The notes under the pieces were generated by a model, which had not been told where the DNA came from, made no database searches, and saw nothing but the letters and a program-made list of their open reading frames with translations. DNA of 64,000 nt from Camelus dromedarius (Eukaryota): positions 4,774,001-4,838,000 of the forward strand of contig NC_087458.1 in assembly GCF_036321535.1 (NCBI RefSeq), in the 5' to 3' direction. Shown piece by piece: positions 27,150 to 38,134 of this stretch (position 1 is its first letter; the number at the start of each line of letters is the position of its first letter). The translations under genes and the position numbers were made by a program.

Positions 27150-28600
27150 TTGTGGCTCAACCCTGGGGCCGGCGCATTTTCTCTGGATACGGTTACCAGC
27201 CCCGAGGAGGGGGAGAGCTGCCCCTACACAGCGCCTCCCCACCCGGGGCCCAGACGCCGGCCCCCGGGCCCCACACCCTCGCCTCGCCTGGCGGCGCGTC
27301 CCTTCCCTCAGCCTCACAAGTTTGCCTCCTCGTTGCCAGAGGCGCCCTTGGCCCAGGCTCTCCACTCCCCAACCTCCGCTCGCGGTCCCCGCCCTTACCG
27401 CTTCTCGAGTCAGCCGTCGCGCGCCGCCTCGCACCTCACCCCAGCGGCCGTCGCCTCCTCTTACTCTCACGGGTACCCTGAGCCCCGCCGACCTGGCTTC
27501 AGACGCCACTTCCCCGCCCCCGCAGCCCTCCCGCACCAATCAACGCCCGGCCCGCAGCCCGACCAATCAGCCTTCCCATTTACAACCAATCCTCGTGCTG
27601 GCTGACCCTGAGCGACGGCGCTGCCGAGTGCTGATACCCAATTACCCGGATGGAATTGTAAGCCGGCCCACCAGGTCAGCCAATAGGCTCCAGGGAAAGC
27701 AGACGTAGTTAATTGAGTAGCACCTGCTGAGTATTAAACAGCCAATTAGAAGCTCACAGAGTCCTCCCAGTCCCCCTCTAGGCCAGTTACCGAGGAGGCG
27801 TCCGCTTCTCAAGCCTACGGGAAAATTAAAGCTCCCAAGGTGCGAAAGGATGGAATCACTCAGCCATATCACCGTGTGTACAAAATTAGTACCTTTGTAC
27901 TAAGCCAGTGCCACCCCACAACCCAGTGACGTTCGGGGAAACCGCCTCCTGATGGGTGATGCTCCGCTACTTGGCGTTTCTTCTGCTATCTTTTGCCTCG
28001 ATTGGTCCCCACGCCGTGACAGGCACTTAAGAGAAACGGAAACCTTTTTTTTTTTTTTTTTTGGTGGGAGGTCATTAAATAGGCTTCGTAAAGATGGAGA
28101 GAAAGCCAAGGGGAAAGGACTGCGCGTCAGAGGGTGAGGGCCCACTCTATTCCTCTGCCGAGGGGTGAACAGACGATGACAACCGACACGGCAGCAAGAC
28201 GGTTGGAGAGGGACCCGAGTTCGGAGCACCCGGTGGTGGTAAGGGGGCTGCGGGTAGTGCTGGCGTTAGGGGCGCACCCTTCCTGGGGATTAAAGGGAGA
28301 CGGGTCGGGGAGACAGGCGCGAAGGCGCAAGCCGCGGGTGGGGGCTGTTTCTGTGGGGGCGAGAAGGGAGGTGGGTTTCTGCGGGCAGCCGTTTGCTCTG
28401 GAAGAGTGCATTCCAGCCGCCGTCTGGGTCCTTGGACCGTTGGGGACGGTTGGGCCCTGCTACTGACTCTGCGCGGCGAGGAGACTCGAGAGCCGGACCC
28501 TGGCCCTTCCCCGCCCCGCTCTAGGGGCTCGCCCGCTGCGCTCCTTGTACGGTGGGGCTCTTTCGCCCCAGCTCCTGTCACAATGCCCGGCGTATGATAA
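27150..28600. promoter_or_regulatory. TDRKH CpG-island promoter, likely bidirectional; GC box 27512-27520; CCAAT at 27536, 27563, 27586, 27680, 27742; ATTGG at 28001
   Basis: Motifs read directly; high CpG in two lobes (27150-27650, 27900-28600). Confidence 0.8.
27440..27510 (-). other. TDRKH: TDRKH non-coding exon 1 (5' end approximate)
   Basis: Donor ctggg|gtgagg at 27439 inside the CpG island, just downstream of a GC box and CCAAT boxes. Confidence 0.65.
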
Positions 28601-29936
28601 GCACTCCGTAAATGTTTGTTGGGCAAATCCAAGATTATATCTTGGGTCAGCTAAGGCGATGCCATTAGCCCTCAGGTTTTCCGTTTGTATTGGTTTATGT
28701 GTTTTGTTTTATTATTAATTTCTATAATATATACTAGTAATCACATACTATTATTTTATTGTTAATGTTTTATAATATATGTTAATTTTATCAATCGTTT
28801 TGTATTATTATTATGTGTTTTGAGTAAGTAATATATGCACATGCTACAAAGGAACAAAAGGTCTCTCTTCCCTCAGAGGCAACCGGTTTTACCAGATTCT
28901 TGTGGATTTTTCACAAAATATTCTATAGCAAACATGCATATATTAAATATGTTTTTATGTATGTTACCATGTTATACATACTATTTTGCAGTGTCCTTTC
29001 ATATAGTCTAGATATCTTTCCATTAGCTGCACAGAGGAGTCTGCCTCATAGTTAAGTTTCATATTAAGCCTGAGGGGTGTATTAAGATATATTCAACCAG
29101 TCCTTTAACATGATATTGATGCACAAGTGCATTTCATTTGGCTCTTGTATATCTGTACAATAAATACTTAGGGCTGCAAATATTAAGTCTGAGAAGTGCA
29201 TGCATTGCTTTTTCATTTGGATAGATACAATTTAATAAATTCTCTTTCTCCCACAAAGATTTTTCTCATTTTCATCCCACCAGCAGTGCTTGAAGAGTTT
29301 TGGTAAGTATAGTATTGCCAAATTGCCTTCAGCAAAAGTTTTACCAATTTTCTCTCCCATCAGCAAACTTCTACAGCCTGATATCAAACTTTTTGTTTTT
29401 AGACAATCTGATAGTGTAAAGGGTATCCCTCACTGCTATTTTTATTTTCATTTCTCTTACAAGTTTCAGCATCTTTTAATATGTTTAAGTGGCAGTTGTA
29501 GTCTGATTTCTGTAATTTGTTCATTCACTATGTTCATATTTTTATTGGTTATCAGATCTTTAATATTTGCTCTTTGCTCATATATAGGTTAAAAATATTT
29601 TCTCCTTTTCCCAGTTTGTTCTTTGACTTTTTACTTTGTTTATAGTGACTTTTTTTTGCTATGCAACTATTTTTTCTTTTTATGTAGTTGATTTTGTTGG
29701 CATTTTCTTTGATAACTTCTAGGTTTCATATCATATTTAGAAAACGCTCTTACTACCTAAGATCATTCTGAAATTATCCTATGTTTTCTTTAAATACTTT
29801 TATAAGTATCTTTTTGTGTATGTAAATATTTAGTTCACCTGGAATTTATTTTGGTATTAAGGTGTGAGACAGAGATCCAATTTTATTTTGTTTTATCCAA
29901 CCCTTATTGAATAACCCACATTTTCTCCATTGTTTT

Positions 29937-30923
29937 ATTTTATTTTTTTCTCCATTGCGTTTTTTTTAAAAGGTCACCAGGCTGCCGCTTCAATATCAGA
30001 AACACACACAAGATGCAGGGCATTTGCCTAACAAATGAAGAGAAATAGGGAAAGAACTTTTTATGTGCAGATTCCAGGAAGGCAGATTACAAACAGCAAA
30101 TCTGAGTGTCTCTTAATCACACTTCAAGCCACTTGAAATATAAAAAGGTAATTGTTTTACTTTAGAAAATGCCTTTGAAAGTTCACTTTTTTTTTTTTTT
30201 TAAACTACTGCAGGACATTAACTGAAATAGAAATCCTGCAGAATTTGGGTAGGGGAAAAAAGCCTTACCAATATTATGAAAATACTTTTTATGAAATGGT
30301 TTCAAGGATTGTGAACTTGGCAGATAAAATATAACAGGCATTGAAAATACTTTTACCAAAGGAAATCTATTGATGCAAATTAAGTATATTTATAAACCCA
30401 AAGACTAGGTAGAAAATTTCTAACAGTATAACAAATGTGCTTTCTATTAGTTGGATTATTGAAAGCAAAACAGTTGTAACGTATGTATCTCATTTGAGTA
30501 GCAGAAGGTTGTCAAATACTCATAGAAAAGCAGCTTTTGAAACTCATTATGTGTTATAATAATGCATGTTTCTCCAAAAATTACTTTTGAAAGTCTAAAG
30601 CTCTCTACTTGATAAAACTATAAGATGTCTGTGTATTTATATGGTGATAGAAATTGCAAAAGGCTTTATACTATTAAATATACATACGAAATTAAAATCT
30701 TCCCAGTCCGAGGATTCCTGTAAAATTTACCCTTTTTTGTACAATTTGGCAATGCTAAATTACAGATCTACAGAAAATATATTAACCAACCAACCATTGT
30801 TTCATTAGAAACTGCACCAAATCCAATGTCAAAAACATTACTTTTCTAGGATGAAATGTCCTATTACGTACAAAAAGAATTGCTGTTTGGAATTTGCCAC
30901 AATCTGTTAAAAACAGCAATTTA
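29937..30923 (-). other. Unidentified ~1 kb AU-rich retro-insertion flanked by a 14-bp TSD
   Basis: ttctccattgtttt at 29923-29936 and 30924-30937; T-rich tail on the left; the L1 host reads continuously when the insert is removed. Confidence 0.7.
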
Positions 30924-31074
30924 TTCTCCATTGTTTTTTAATGTTACCTTTTATAAGATCCAAATTGTCATATGTATTTGGGTCTATTTCTGGGTTTTTC
31001 ATGTTCCATTGATTTCTCTATTCAATTCTAGTACCATACTGTTTTTTAAAATTGATGTACATTATGCATTTTAA

Positions 31075-31500
31075 ACCAAAATTTTAAAAATTGATATATG
31101 ATATACATACAGAAAAGTGCACAAATGAAAGGCATGTACGTTGATAAATTTTCAAAAATGGAACCTTCAAAAATGGAAATTTTCATTTCATTTGTGTAAC
31201 CAATACCCAGATCAAGAAATCGAACGTTACCAGCACATCTGAAGTCGCCCTTGTATCACTTCCCAGTCACTACTCCTCTCAAGGGTAAAGAAACACTCTT
31301 CTGATTCCTAATAGCAAAAACTAGTTTTGCTTGTTTTGTTTTTTTATGTAAAGAGAATCACACGGTGTGTACTCTTTTGTGTCTGGCTTCTTTTGTTCAA
31401 CATTATTTTTGTGAGATTCAGCCATATTGTTGTGTATAGTTTTAGTCCATTCATTCTCACTACTGTGTAAGTGTTATACTGTGGGAATGTAGCACAGTTT
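31075..31500 (-). mobile_element. L1MB/MC-type 3' end fragment
   Basis: cagaaaagtgcacaaat...cccagatcaagaaa...tgtgtctggcttcttttgttcaacatt, typical antisense L1M 3'UTR. Confidence 0.7.
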
Positions 31501-33029
31501 ACTTTTTGATTTATACTGATGCCATTTTGATTAGAATCACATGATTTTAGATTATACCTGAGGGAGAATTGTTGTATTTATGATATAGAATCTTCCTATA
31601 AACAGGCATAACTCATCAATGTCTCAGTAGTAGCATTTTAAAGTTTTTGTCATATAAAATTTACAAAGTTATTTCTAGGTGTTTGAGCGCCTTAATTGCT
31701 ATAGCTACTTTTAGTTTTAAACAGGTAAAAGGATAATTCAGACCCAAAGAGGAATGCCCGTCGTTGCAGTAAAAGGCACAGGCTTGTTTTATGGGCCTAT
31801 CGTCTTCCAGCACCAGTGGGAGGTGGTGGCAAAAAAGAGGAAATGAAGGGGAAGCCCAAAAAGAGGGGTTAAAAATTTAAAAACCATAGGAATAATTAAT
31901 CAGATTAGTGAAAAGCCAGGTGTAATCACTTTTCCTGGAAATGTTTGGCAGGAGGGTTGACTTCTAATTGGTCGGGTAGTGAGGTTGGGGAGTAGAAGGG
32001 ATACCTTTAGGTGAGATGATTCCAGACTCACTCTCAAGTCACTGTGTGTTTGGGATTTGTCACCTCATTCCCCCTCTAAGAGCTCGAATCAGGATGAAAA
32101 GACTGAGTTGTGAGAAGCTGGGTTCGGGTGCATTGTGATTTCTTTATTGTCACCTCTAGTTTCAGAGTCCATTCTGCTTCCTTAAAGGGTGTTCTGAACA
32201 AGATGCAGGTGGCAGTTGGTGAAACCAGTTACAAAGTGTGAGTTGCCCAGAGAGTCCAGTGGACAGGTGTTTCCACTCAGTACATCAAAGCAGGAAAGTA
32301 GACTTTAGCCAGAGGGCTGGGCAGCAGGGGTTCTCAAACACAGCAGCCTAGTTCCAGGGCACTGGCTGCTTGTGGAGTTCCCGTCCTGGACAACATGCAG
32401 ACAATTCATCCAAGTGATTTTCAGCTATCTGAGGTTTTGGAAAACAGCACACTCCCTTTGCCTATTGTAGGAGTCACCCCTTCTTCTCCTGTCACTCAAG
32501 GCTCTTCACCAGAAGCTAGTGTCTAGGAGCATTGGCCTCACTGTCAGAAATTACGCTGGTGCTATGCTCCAGTCTTTGGATCAGATTGATGAATTGTGGC
32601 AGGTGTCCTAGGGGAGAGGTATTCCCCTCAGCCTCTCTGGCCACCACCATCTAGCTCTAAGTCTTCCTACTTAATTCCTCTTTACAAAACAGTTTGGAGG
32701 AGAGTCCCTGGTCTCAGATGCTCTTCAGCCTGAATCCCCACCACCTTCACTTCTTAGAGCGGAAGTCCTACCCCAAGTCTCCTCCCTCTCGCTGAGAGAT
32801 GAATGCTGGGAGGAGAAGGGGAGCGGGCCGGGAGAAGCTGGAGGCAACAGTGTGCCTCTTTACAGAGTCCATCCTGTCACCTAATCTTACCTGTGCAGTT
32901 GTCTGTGTCACACTGTAGTCCTTCCCAGCCTTTTCTCCTCACCTCTAAAGGACCCTGGAGGGCACAGGCAACCTAAGCCTTCAGCTTTTCCCCTTGCCGC
33001 CTGAGGCTTCTCACAGCAGAGGCTAGGTG

Positions 33030-33255
33030 TAAAATATACATGGGATTTCAGAGACCTAATATGGAAAAATAATGTAAGATATTATTACTCATTTTTATAT
33101 TGATAACATTGAAATGATAATAGTTTGGGCACATTGGATTAAATAAAATATAGTATTAAAATTAATTGTATCTGTTTCTTTTGCTTCTTTAATGTGATAC
33201 TAGAAGATCTGAAATCACATTTGTAACTCACATTCTGTTTCTACTGGGCTGCTCT
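33030..33255. mobile_element. hAT-Charlie MER3/MER33-like fragment
   Basis: ttaaataaaatatagtattaaaattaattgtatctgtttcttttgc...ctcacattctgtttctactggg resembles MER3/MER33. Confidence 0.7.
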
Positions 33256-34793
33256 GGAGAGTGTGGGCAGCAGCATCTCCCAGTCCAGACACATGTCATC
33301 TGTCCCACTGACTCAGGGGCTTCCCAGAGAAGCTTTCTCTGAACAGCAATGCTGCTCTGCCCTTTTCTGCATTGCAGTGTGGACAACTAGAATGAGATCC
33401 TCTGGTACCTGACCCTCAAGTCCCAACCTAATCTGCTGGTGGAAGGTTTTGGAGATGAGGGAGAGGGTTGTGTCCTGAGGAGACCTTTCTGGTGTCTTAT
33501 AAGCTGGAAAGTGGAGGTTGATGTTAAGAGAACTGTGTGTGCGTGGTCAGGGGCAGGGCTGGAGGCTTGGGGACACCCAGCCTCTCTCTCCAAGCTGCTG
33601 GGTTCTCACGTTCACCTCTGGCCCCACCCCCGTATTCCCACCTCTGCCCCACTGAAGAGCTTGCCTGCTGGTGAAGTCCTGCGGGCTGTTGCCTTATGGC
33701 GCCAGCTTCTCTCACCTGTCAGGGACAGTTTGGGCTGGGAATCTTCTACTGAGTGGCGTCTCCTCAGAGCAAGGACAACAGCAGCAGAAATGGCTAGGAA
33801 GCTCATGATGCCTGCGTACTGTCGGGTGAGGGGAGACTGGGGGCTCCTGAGGGTAGAGGAGAACTAAGGACACTGTGCAGATGCTGCTGCAGAGAGAGAG
33901 AGGAGGGGAGGGGAGGTTCCCGGACCACGTGACTCCCCACTTCTTAGCCCCTCCCCCTGCTCCTTCCTCTCCCCGCCTCCTCCTCCCCTTCCGATGATCC
34001 TGAGGCTGCTGCCTAGTCGCTTGAGCTCGCGGCATCTCCACTTTTTCTGGCTCTGCTTTGTCCTCTCTTTGAGGCACACTCAGAGGCAATCAGCATCTCC
34101 TCCTCCCACTCCACCTGTGCATCTAGGGTCTCGATGTGACAGTGACCTCCATCCAGGGACAGCTTCCCACTGGGGCTGCACTAAACACGGAACAAGGGGA
34201 GACTGCTGAGGGACAGTGGGAATTAACCAGGCGGGCAGTTCCTGCTGCTCCCACTTCCCCCCACTTGTCACTACAGCTTGCAGTGCCCCTCCCACCTTGT
34301 TCCTCCAAACCTGGTCCTGCTGTGTTCTGGGCCTCTCTCCTTTGACAGCTGCGGGTTCTTGCTTTTGTTAGTCATTTTCTAGGAGTTCTGTTGCTTTGCA
34401 TTGAGGGTACTAGGGATCTTCAGGACAGGAATGGTAGGGAGATCCCAACAGAATGAGAAAGAAGGGAAGAAGCTGGGGGTCCTGGGTTGGCATTTCTGCA
34501 GAGGGTTCCTTGGAAGGCAGAGGATCTCTCTTCTAAGTCCAGAGACGGAGAGTGCAGGGGAAGGGCTGACACTGAAATGGGCTGGCCTTGCTGATCTCTC
34601 CAGGCATGGTGGGCAGCCTCTTGCATAAACCCCTTAGATTCAGGCACGGCCATTGGGATACAGGCTCAGTGGGCAGGCAGGGTAGGAAGGGGAAGTTCTG
34701 ACAGAGATAAGGGGTGGAAAAGATTGATGTAAAGAAAACTCCAGAGATCACATAGAGTTATGGCTGCTACTGCCATGGCCTTTTGGCAGCAGG

Positions 34794-35021
34794 TTTAATA
34801 ATGTGACAGACAGAGGCAGGTTGTGGGGGCTCATGCAGATCCAGTGCCGGTGTGTAGTCTGTCCTCCGCCCTCCCCACTGGCACCCTCTTCTTAGCCTGA
34901 GGTTCCTTGCATCTGGGGAGGGGACAGAGCAGAAAAGAGAGGGAGACCGCCTGGTTGAGGAGCAGAGACTCCAAGAAGCGAGTGCCACTTTCCAGCCCCA
35001 CTTCTGAAATAATCTTTTATT
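34794..35021 (-). terminator. Candidate LINGO4 poly(A) signals: AATAAA (35016-35021) and ATTAAA (34794-34799)
   Basis: Hexamers ~370 and ~590 nt after the stop. Confidence 0.5.
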
Positions 35022-35388
35022 TGTGGTTGGCAATTGGTATTGGTTATTAAGAGTATGTGTAAGTGTGTAAGTGTCTGTGAAGAAAGCCTGGTACTGAGGC
35101 TAGCAGACTGGAGGGTTATATTTCCTGCTTTGCGTGTGGTGGGGGGAGGGCTGGACTGTCTACAGGGCCTACACCCTCCGCTCCCTGGGACCCTCAGGGA
35201 AGAGATGAGTGCGAAAGCACGAGGAGGGAGACTCTATCGAGGGGCAGCATTAGCTGCTGGCATGATGCGGGCGGAGGTGTGGGAGATCTGTGCTGTTGAG
35301 GACTAGGTTCTGGTCCAAGCAGCCTTGGTTCTCTTCCCCTTTGGTATCTGAAGCTGGCTTGGATGGGTCCCCAGTGTGGAAGAAAAGG

Positions 35389-37170
35389 TCAGAAGAGCTT
35401 GGCAGTGACCCGGTTGCCCCCAGAATTCTTATCCCCAGAGGTCCGAGGTGGCACAAAGTCAAAGGTCACATGATGTTTGACCCGGCCTTTGCCCTTGCTC
35501 CAGAGGGCAATGAGGCCAAAGCAGAGGGTTACTGAGGTGAGGAAGGGGAGGAAACCGACTGCCAGCACCATAGCTACGCCTCTGCTATCCAGAAAGAAAG
35601 GCTGTGGGATCCCTGGCATGGTGATGTTGGGGTCAGAGAGAGTGCCATTTGGTGGTTCAACTTGGATAACTTCCAGCCAGGTCCTCAGGGAGTCATTCCC
35701 AGCGACATTGCTGACCACACAGACATAAGCCCCTCTATCCCGTAGCTGCACGGAGCGGATCTCCAGTGTCCCATCCTCCAGAACCCTTATTCTCCCGGCC
35801 CTTCCCAGCCAAGCCCCCTGAGGCCTCATCCAGGAGACGGTGGGGGCTGGGTCTCCATCTCCAGAGCAAGAGAAAACAGCGTGCCCCCCCTCCTCTGCAA
35901 TGACCCATCGTGGCCCGGACTTTCGGATCAGGGCTGGTTGGCAGGTGAAGTGCCCCGGAGGTAGGATGTCTGAAAACTCCCTCAGGCTCTTCCCCTGGAC
36001 ATGCCGGGGGCCGGCGCAGGCAGGGGGGGACGTGCCAAAGTCCAGGCGGTGGCGGAGCCTGAGCAGCCAGAGGAGGCGGCAGTCACAGGTCAGAGGGTTG
36101 CCAGACAGCCTCAGGGTGACCAGTTTGTCTGGAGAAGGGAAGGCTGCTTCCTCCAGGGTTTGAAGGGCATTATCTGCCACGTCCAGGAGGTGGAAGGCAG
36201 TCAGGCCATGGAAGGCGTGGGCAGCGATGGAGGTGAGGCACGCCCCCGACAGCCGGAGCTCCTGGAGCCGCACCAGGGGACTGAGCCTCCGGGCCGGGAT
36301 GGCTGAGATGGGGTTGTGAGACAGGTCCAGCACCCTGAGGAAGCTCAGGTGGCGCAGCGCTTGGAAGGGCACCGAGCTCAGGTTGCAGCGGGTGACGGCC
36401 AGGCTGCTAAGGTTGAGCCCAGCCAGGCTCCCGGGCTCCAGAGCCTCCAGGGATGGCCAGTGGTGGATCTCCAGCTCCCGTAGCTGCCCCAGCCCCCGGA
36501 GCGCCCCTGACAGCAGCCTCTCAATATCCAGTTCTCGGAGCCTTAGGGCCGCCAGCGCTGGGAGGCGGGCCAGGGCCAGGCCAGGCACGGTGCTGAGGTT
36601 ACAGCGCTCCAGGGTGAGGGCGCTCAGCGCGGCCAGCCCTGCAAAGGCTCCCGGAGCCACGAACACCAGGTGGTTGTCCCCGACCTCCAGCTGCTGGAGG
36701 CTGCCTAGCTCCCTGAAAGCTCCATCAAGGAAGAGGACAATCTGGTTGAGGCGAAGGTCCAGGAGCGTGAGGGCAGGCAGGCCCGAGAAGACCCCGGGCC
36801 CCATAATTCGCAGCCGATTGCCCTGCAGCCTCAGGGTGAGCAGGCTCTGCAGGCCATGGAAGGCCCCCGGCTCGAGGGTGGACAGCTGGTTGTAGCTGAG
36901 ATCCAGTTCCTGGAGCAGGCCCAGGCGGGACAGCATTCCCCGCTGAAGCCCCCACAGACGGTTCCCACTCAGGTCCAGGAGCTCGGTGTCTAGTGGGAGT
37001 CCCCCTGGTACAGCCTCTAGTCGCCGGTGGCCGCACAGCACTGCCCGGGGTTGGGAGGTGCAATCACACACAGCAGGGCAGCCGCCGCTGCTCCCCCCAG
37101 GCAGGAGGAGCAGGAAAAAGAGGGGGGGCCACGGGGGCCAGGCTTGCTTTGGAGCTGTGGCCACAGCCAT
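35389..37170 (-). CDS. LINGO4: Leucine-rich repeat and Ig domain-containing Nogo receptor-interacting protein 4, 593 aa, single coding exon (acceptor at 37183)
   Basis: Signal peptide, LRRNT (CPAVCDC), tandem LRRs, LRRCT ([12 protein letters not shown]), Ig domain ([13 protein letters not shown]...YVCVVSN), TM helix, tail ...[10 protein letters not shown]. Confidence 0.98.
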   Translation of the reverse strand: MAVATAPKQAWPPWPPLFFLLLLPGGSSGGCPAVCDCTSQPRAVLCGHRRLEAVPGGLPLDTELLDLSGNRLWGLQRGMLSRLGLLQELDLSYNQLSTLEPGAFHGLQSLLTLRLQGNRLRIMGPGVFSGLPALTLLDLRLNQIVLFLDGAFRELGSLQQLEVGDNHLVFVAPGAFAGLAALSALTLERCNLSTVPGLALARLPALAALRLRELDIERLLSGALRGLGQLRELEIHHWPSLEALEPGSLAGLNLSSLAVTRCNLSSVPFQALRHLSFLRVLDLSHNPISAIPARRLSPLVRLQELRLSGACLTSIAAHAFHGLTAFHLLDVADNALQTLEEAAFPSPDKLVTLRLSGNPLTCDCRLLWLLRLRHRLDFGTSPPACAGPRHVQGKSLREFSDILPPGHFTCQPALIRKSGPRWVIAEEGGHAVFSCSGDGDPAPTVSWMRPQGAWLGRAGRIRVLEDGTLEIRSVQLRDRGAYVCVVSNVAGNDSLRTWLEVIQVEPPNGTLSDPNITMPGIPQPFFLDSRGVAMVLAVGFLPFLTSVTLCFGLIALWSKGKGRVKHHVTFDFVPPRTSGDKNSGGNRVTAKLF

Positions 37171-37988
37171 TCCCTCTTCAGTCCTGGAATAGATGACATG
37201 GCCCTTTTTGGAAAGTGGCTTCAGATGATGGGGACCCTGGACTTCCCTGGGCCTCCTTAGAGGAGAGAGAGATTTGAGCTGTCCATCTCAGCATGGCCAG
37301 CAGGCAGGGTGCTGGTGCACACCTCCCTGGAGCCTCCTGGAGCTCCTCTTTGAGGAAATGGTACTTTCCTCCCCCTCCCAGCCCTGGGTAACAGGCCAAG
37401 TGCTTACTTGCTCATGGAACCCTAGTCAAGTGGGGTAAGTTTTATGGAATGAGACAGGAAGCAGCAGGGAAGTAACTTTGAGTTTCCTTGTGTCTGTGAG
37501 ATCCAGAAATGCCTCAGGTCCCTTCTCCCCGATAGCTGCTCTGTCCCTCTCTGCCCACCCTTCTTCTCCCATATTATCTACCCACAGCATTGTCTAAGCT
37601 CAGGGGGATCCCATCTTTGGATCCTAATTGGAGAGAGGCCTTACCTTAACTAAGTCATCCAAGGCTGGGAAGCATATGGGCCTCAGCTCAGCCCCCCAGG
37701 CTCCACTTACTGCCTCTGTGCCATCTTCCAGCCTGGCCCAGGGCCTGAGGCCACAGGCTAACAAGATCCAGTCTCCCCAGAACGCCTGGTGGACGACAGC
37801 CAGGCTGCACAGGAGCCAAGGCACAGGGTGCAGGAAGCACACGAATCCCTCACAAGAGCCCCAAGGGCAACCCCTCCTCCCCTACAGATGACATCGGGGT
37901 ATGTGAGGGACCCAAGGGGTGCCCAAGTTTTGTTGCTTGGTCCCCAGACTCAGGCGTCTCTCGTATCCCTCCTTCATGATCGGTTTTG

Positions 37989-38134
37989 CTTTTTATGATT
38001 TTTTTCTCTTTTTTCTTTATGGGGGGGAGGTAATTGGGTTTATTTATTTACACTTGGAGAAGGTACTGGGGATTGAACCCAGGACCTCGTGCATGCTTAG
38101 CATGCGCTCTACCACTGAGCTATACCCTCCCCCC
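37989..38134 (-). mobile_element. tRNA-Ala(AGC)-derived camelid SINE (vic-1 type)
   Basis: Minus strand GGGTATAGCTCAGTGGTAGAGCGCATGCTAAGCATGCACGAGGTCCTGGGTTCAATCCCCAGTACC plus unique tail and A-run; TSD ccttcatgat 37971-37980 / 38135-38144. Confidence 0.85.

Larger units (their letters stand above)
28850..31680 (-). mobile_element. Old L1M (ME-like) relic with nested insertions
   Basis: Antisense L1 wording (ttattgaataaccc..., gggtctatttctggg...gttccattg, gatatagaatcttcctat); bounds approximate. Confidence 0.7.

Noticed and set aside
27065-28632. Many overlapping 100-177 aa ORFs
   Set aside because: CpG-island artefacts on all frames; Pro/Arg/Ala-rich with no homology signal.
32160-32640. 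LRR/TLR-like peptides on the minus strand (VFQNLR*LKIT, IAENHLDEL)
   Set aside because: Motifs fall in different frames with many stops, and lie downstream of the TM-like exon, the wrong order for a TLR.
36383-36895. Plus-strand ORFs antisense to LINGO4
   Set aside because: Shadow ORFs of a GC-rich, Leu-rich coding sequence.
38060-38131. tRNA-Ala gene
   Set aside because: Followed by SINE tail and poly(A) and flanked by a TSD, with stem mismatches, so it is a SINE rather than a tRNA gene.
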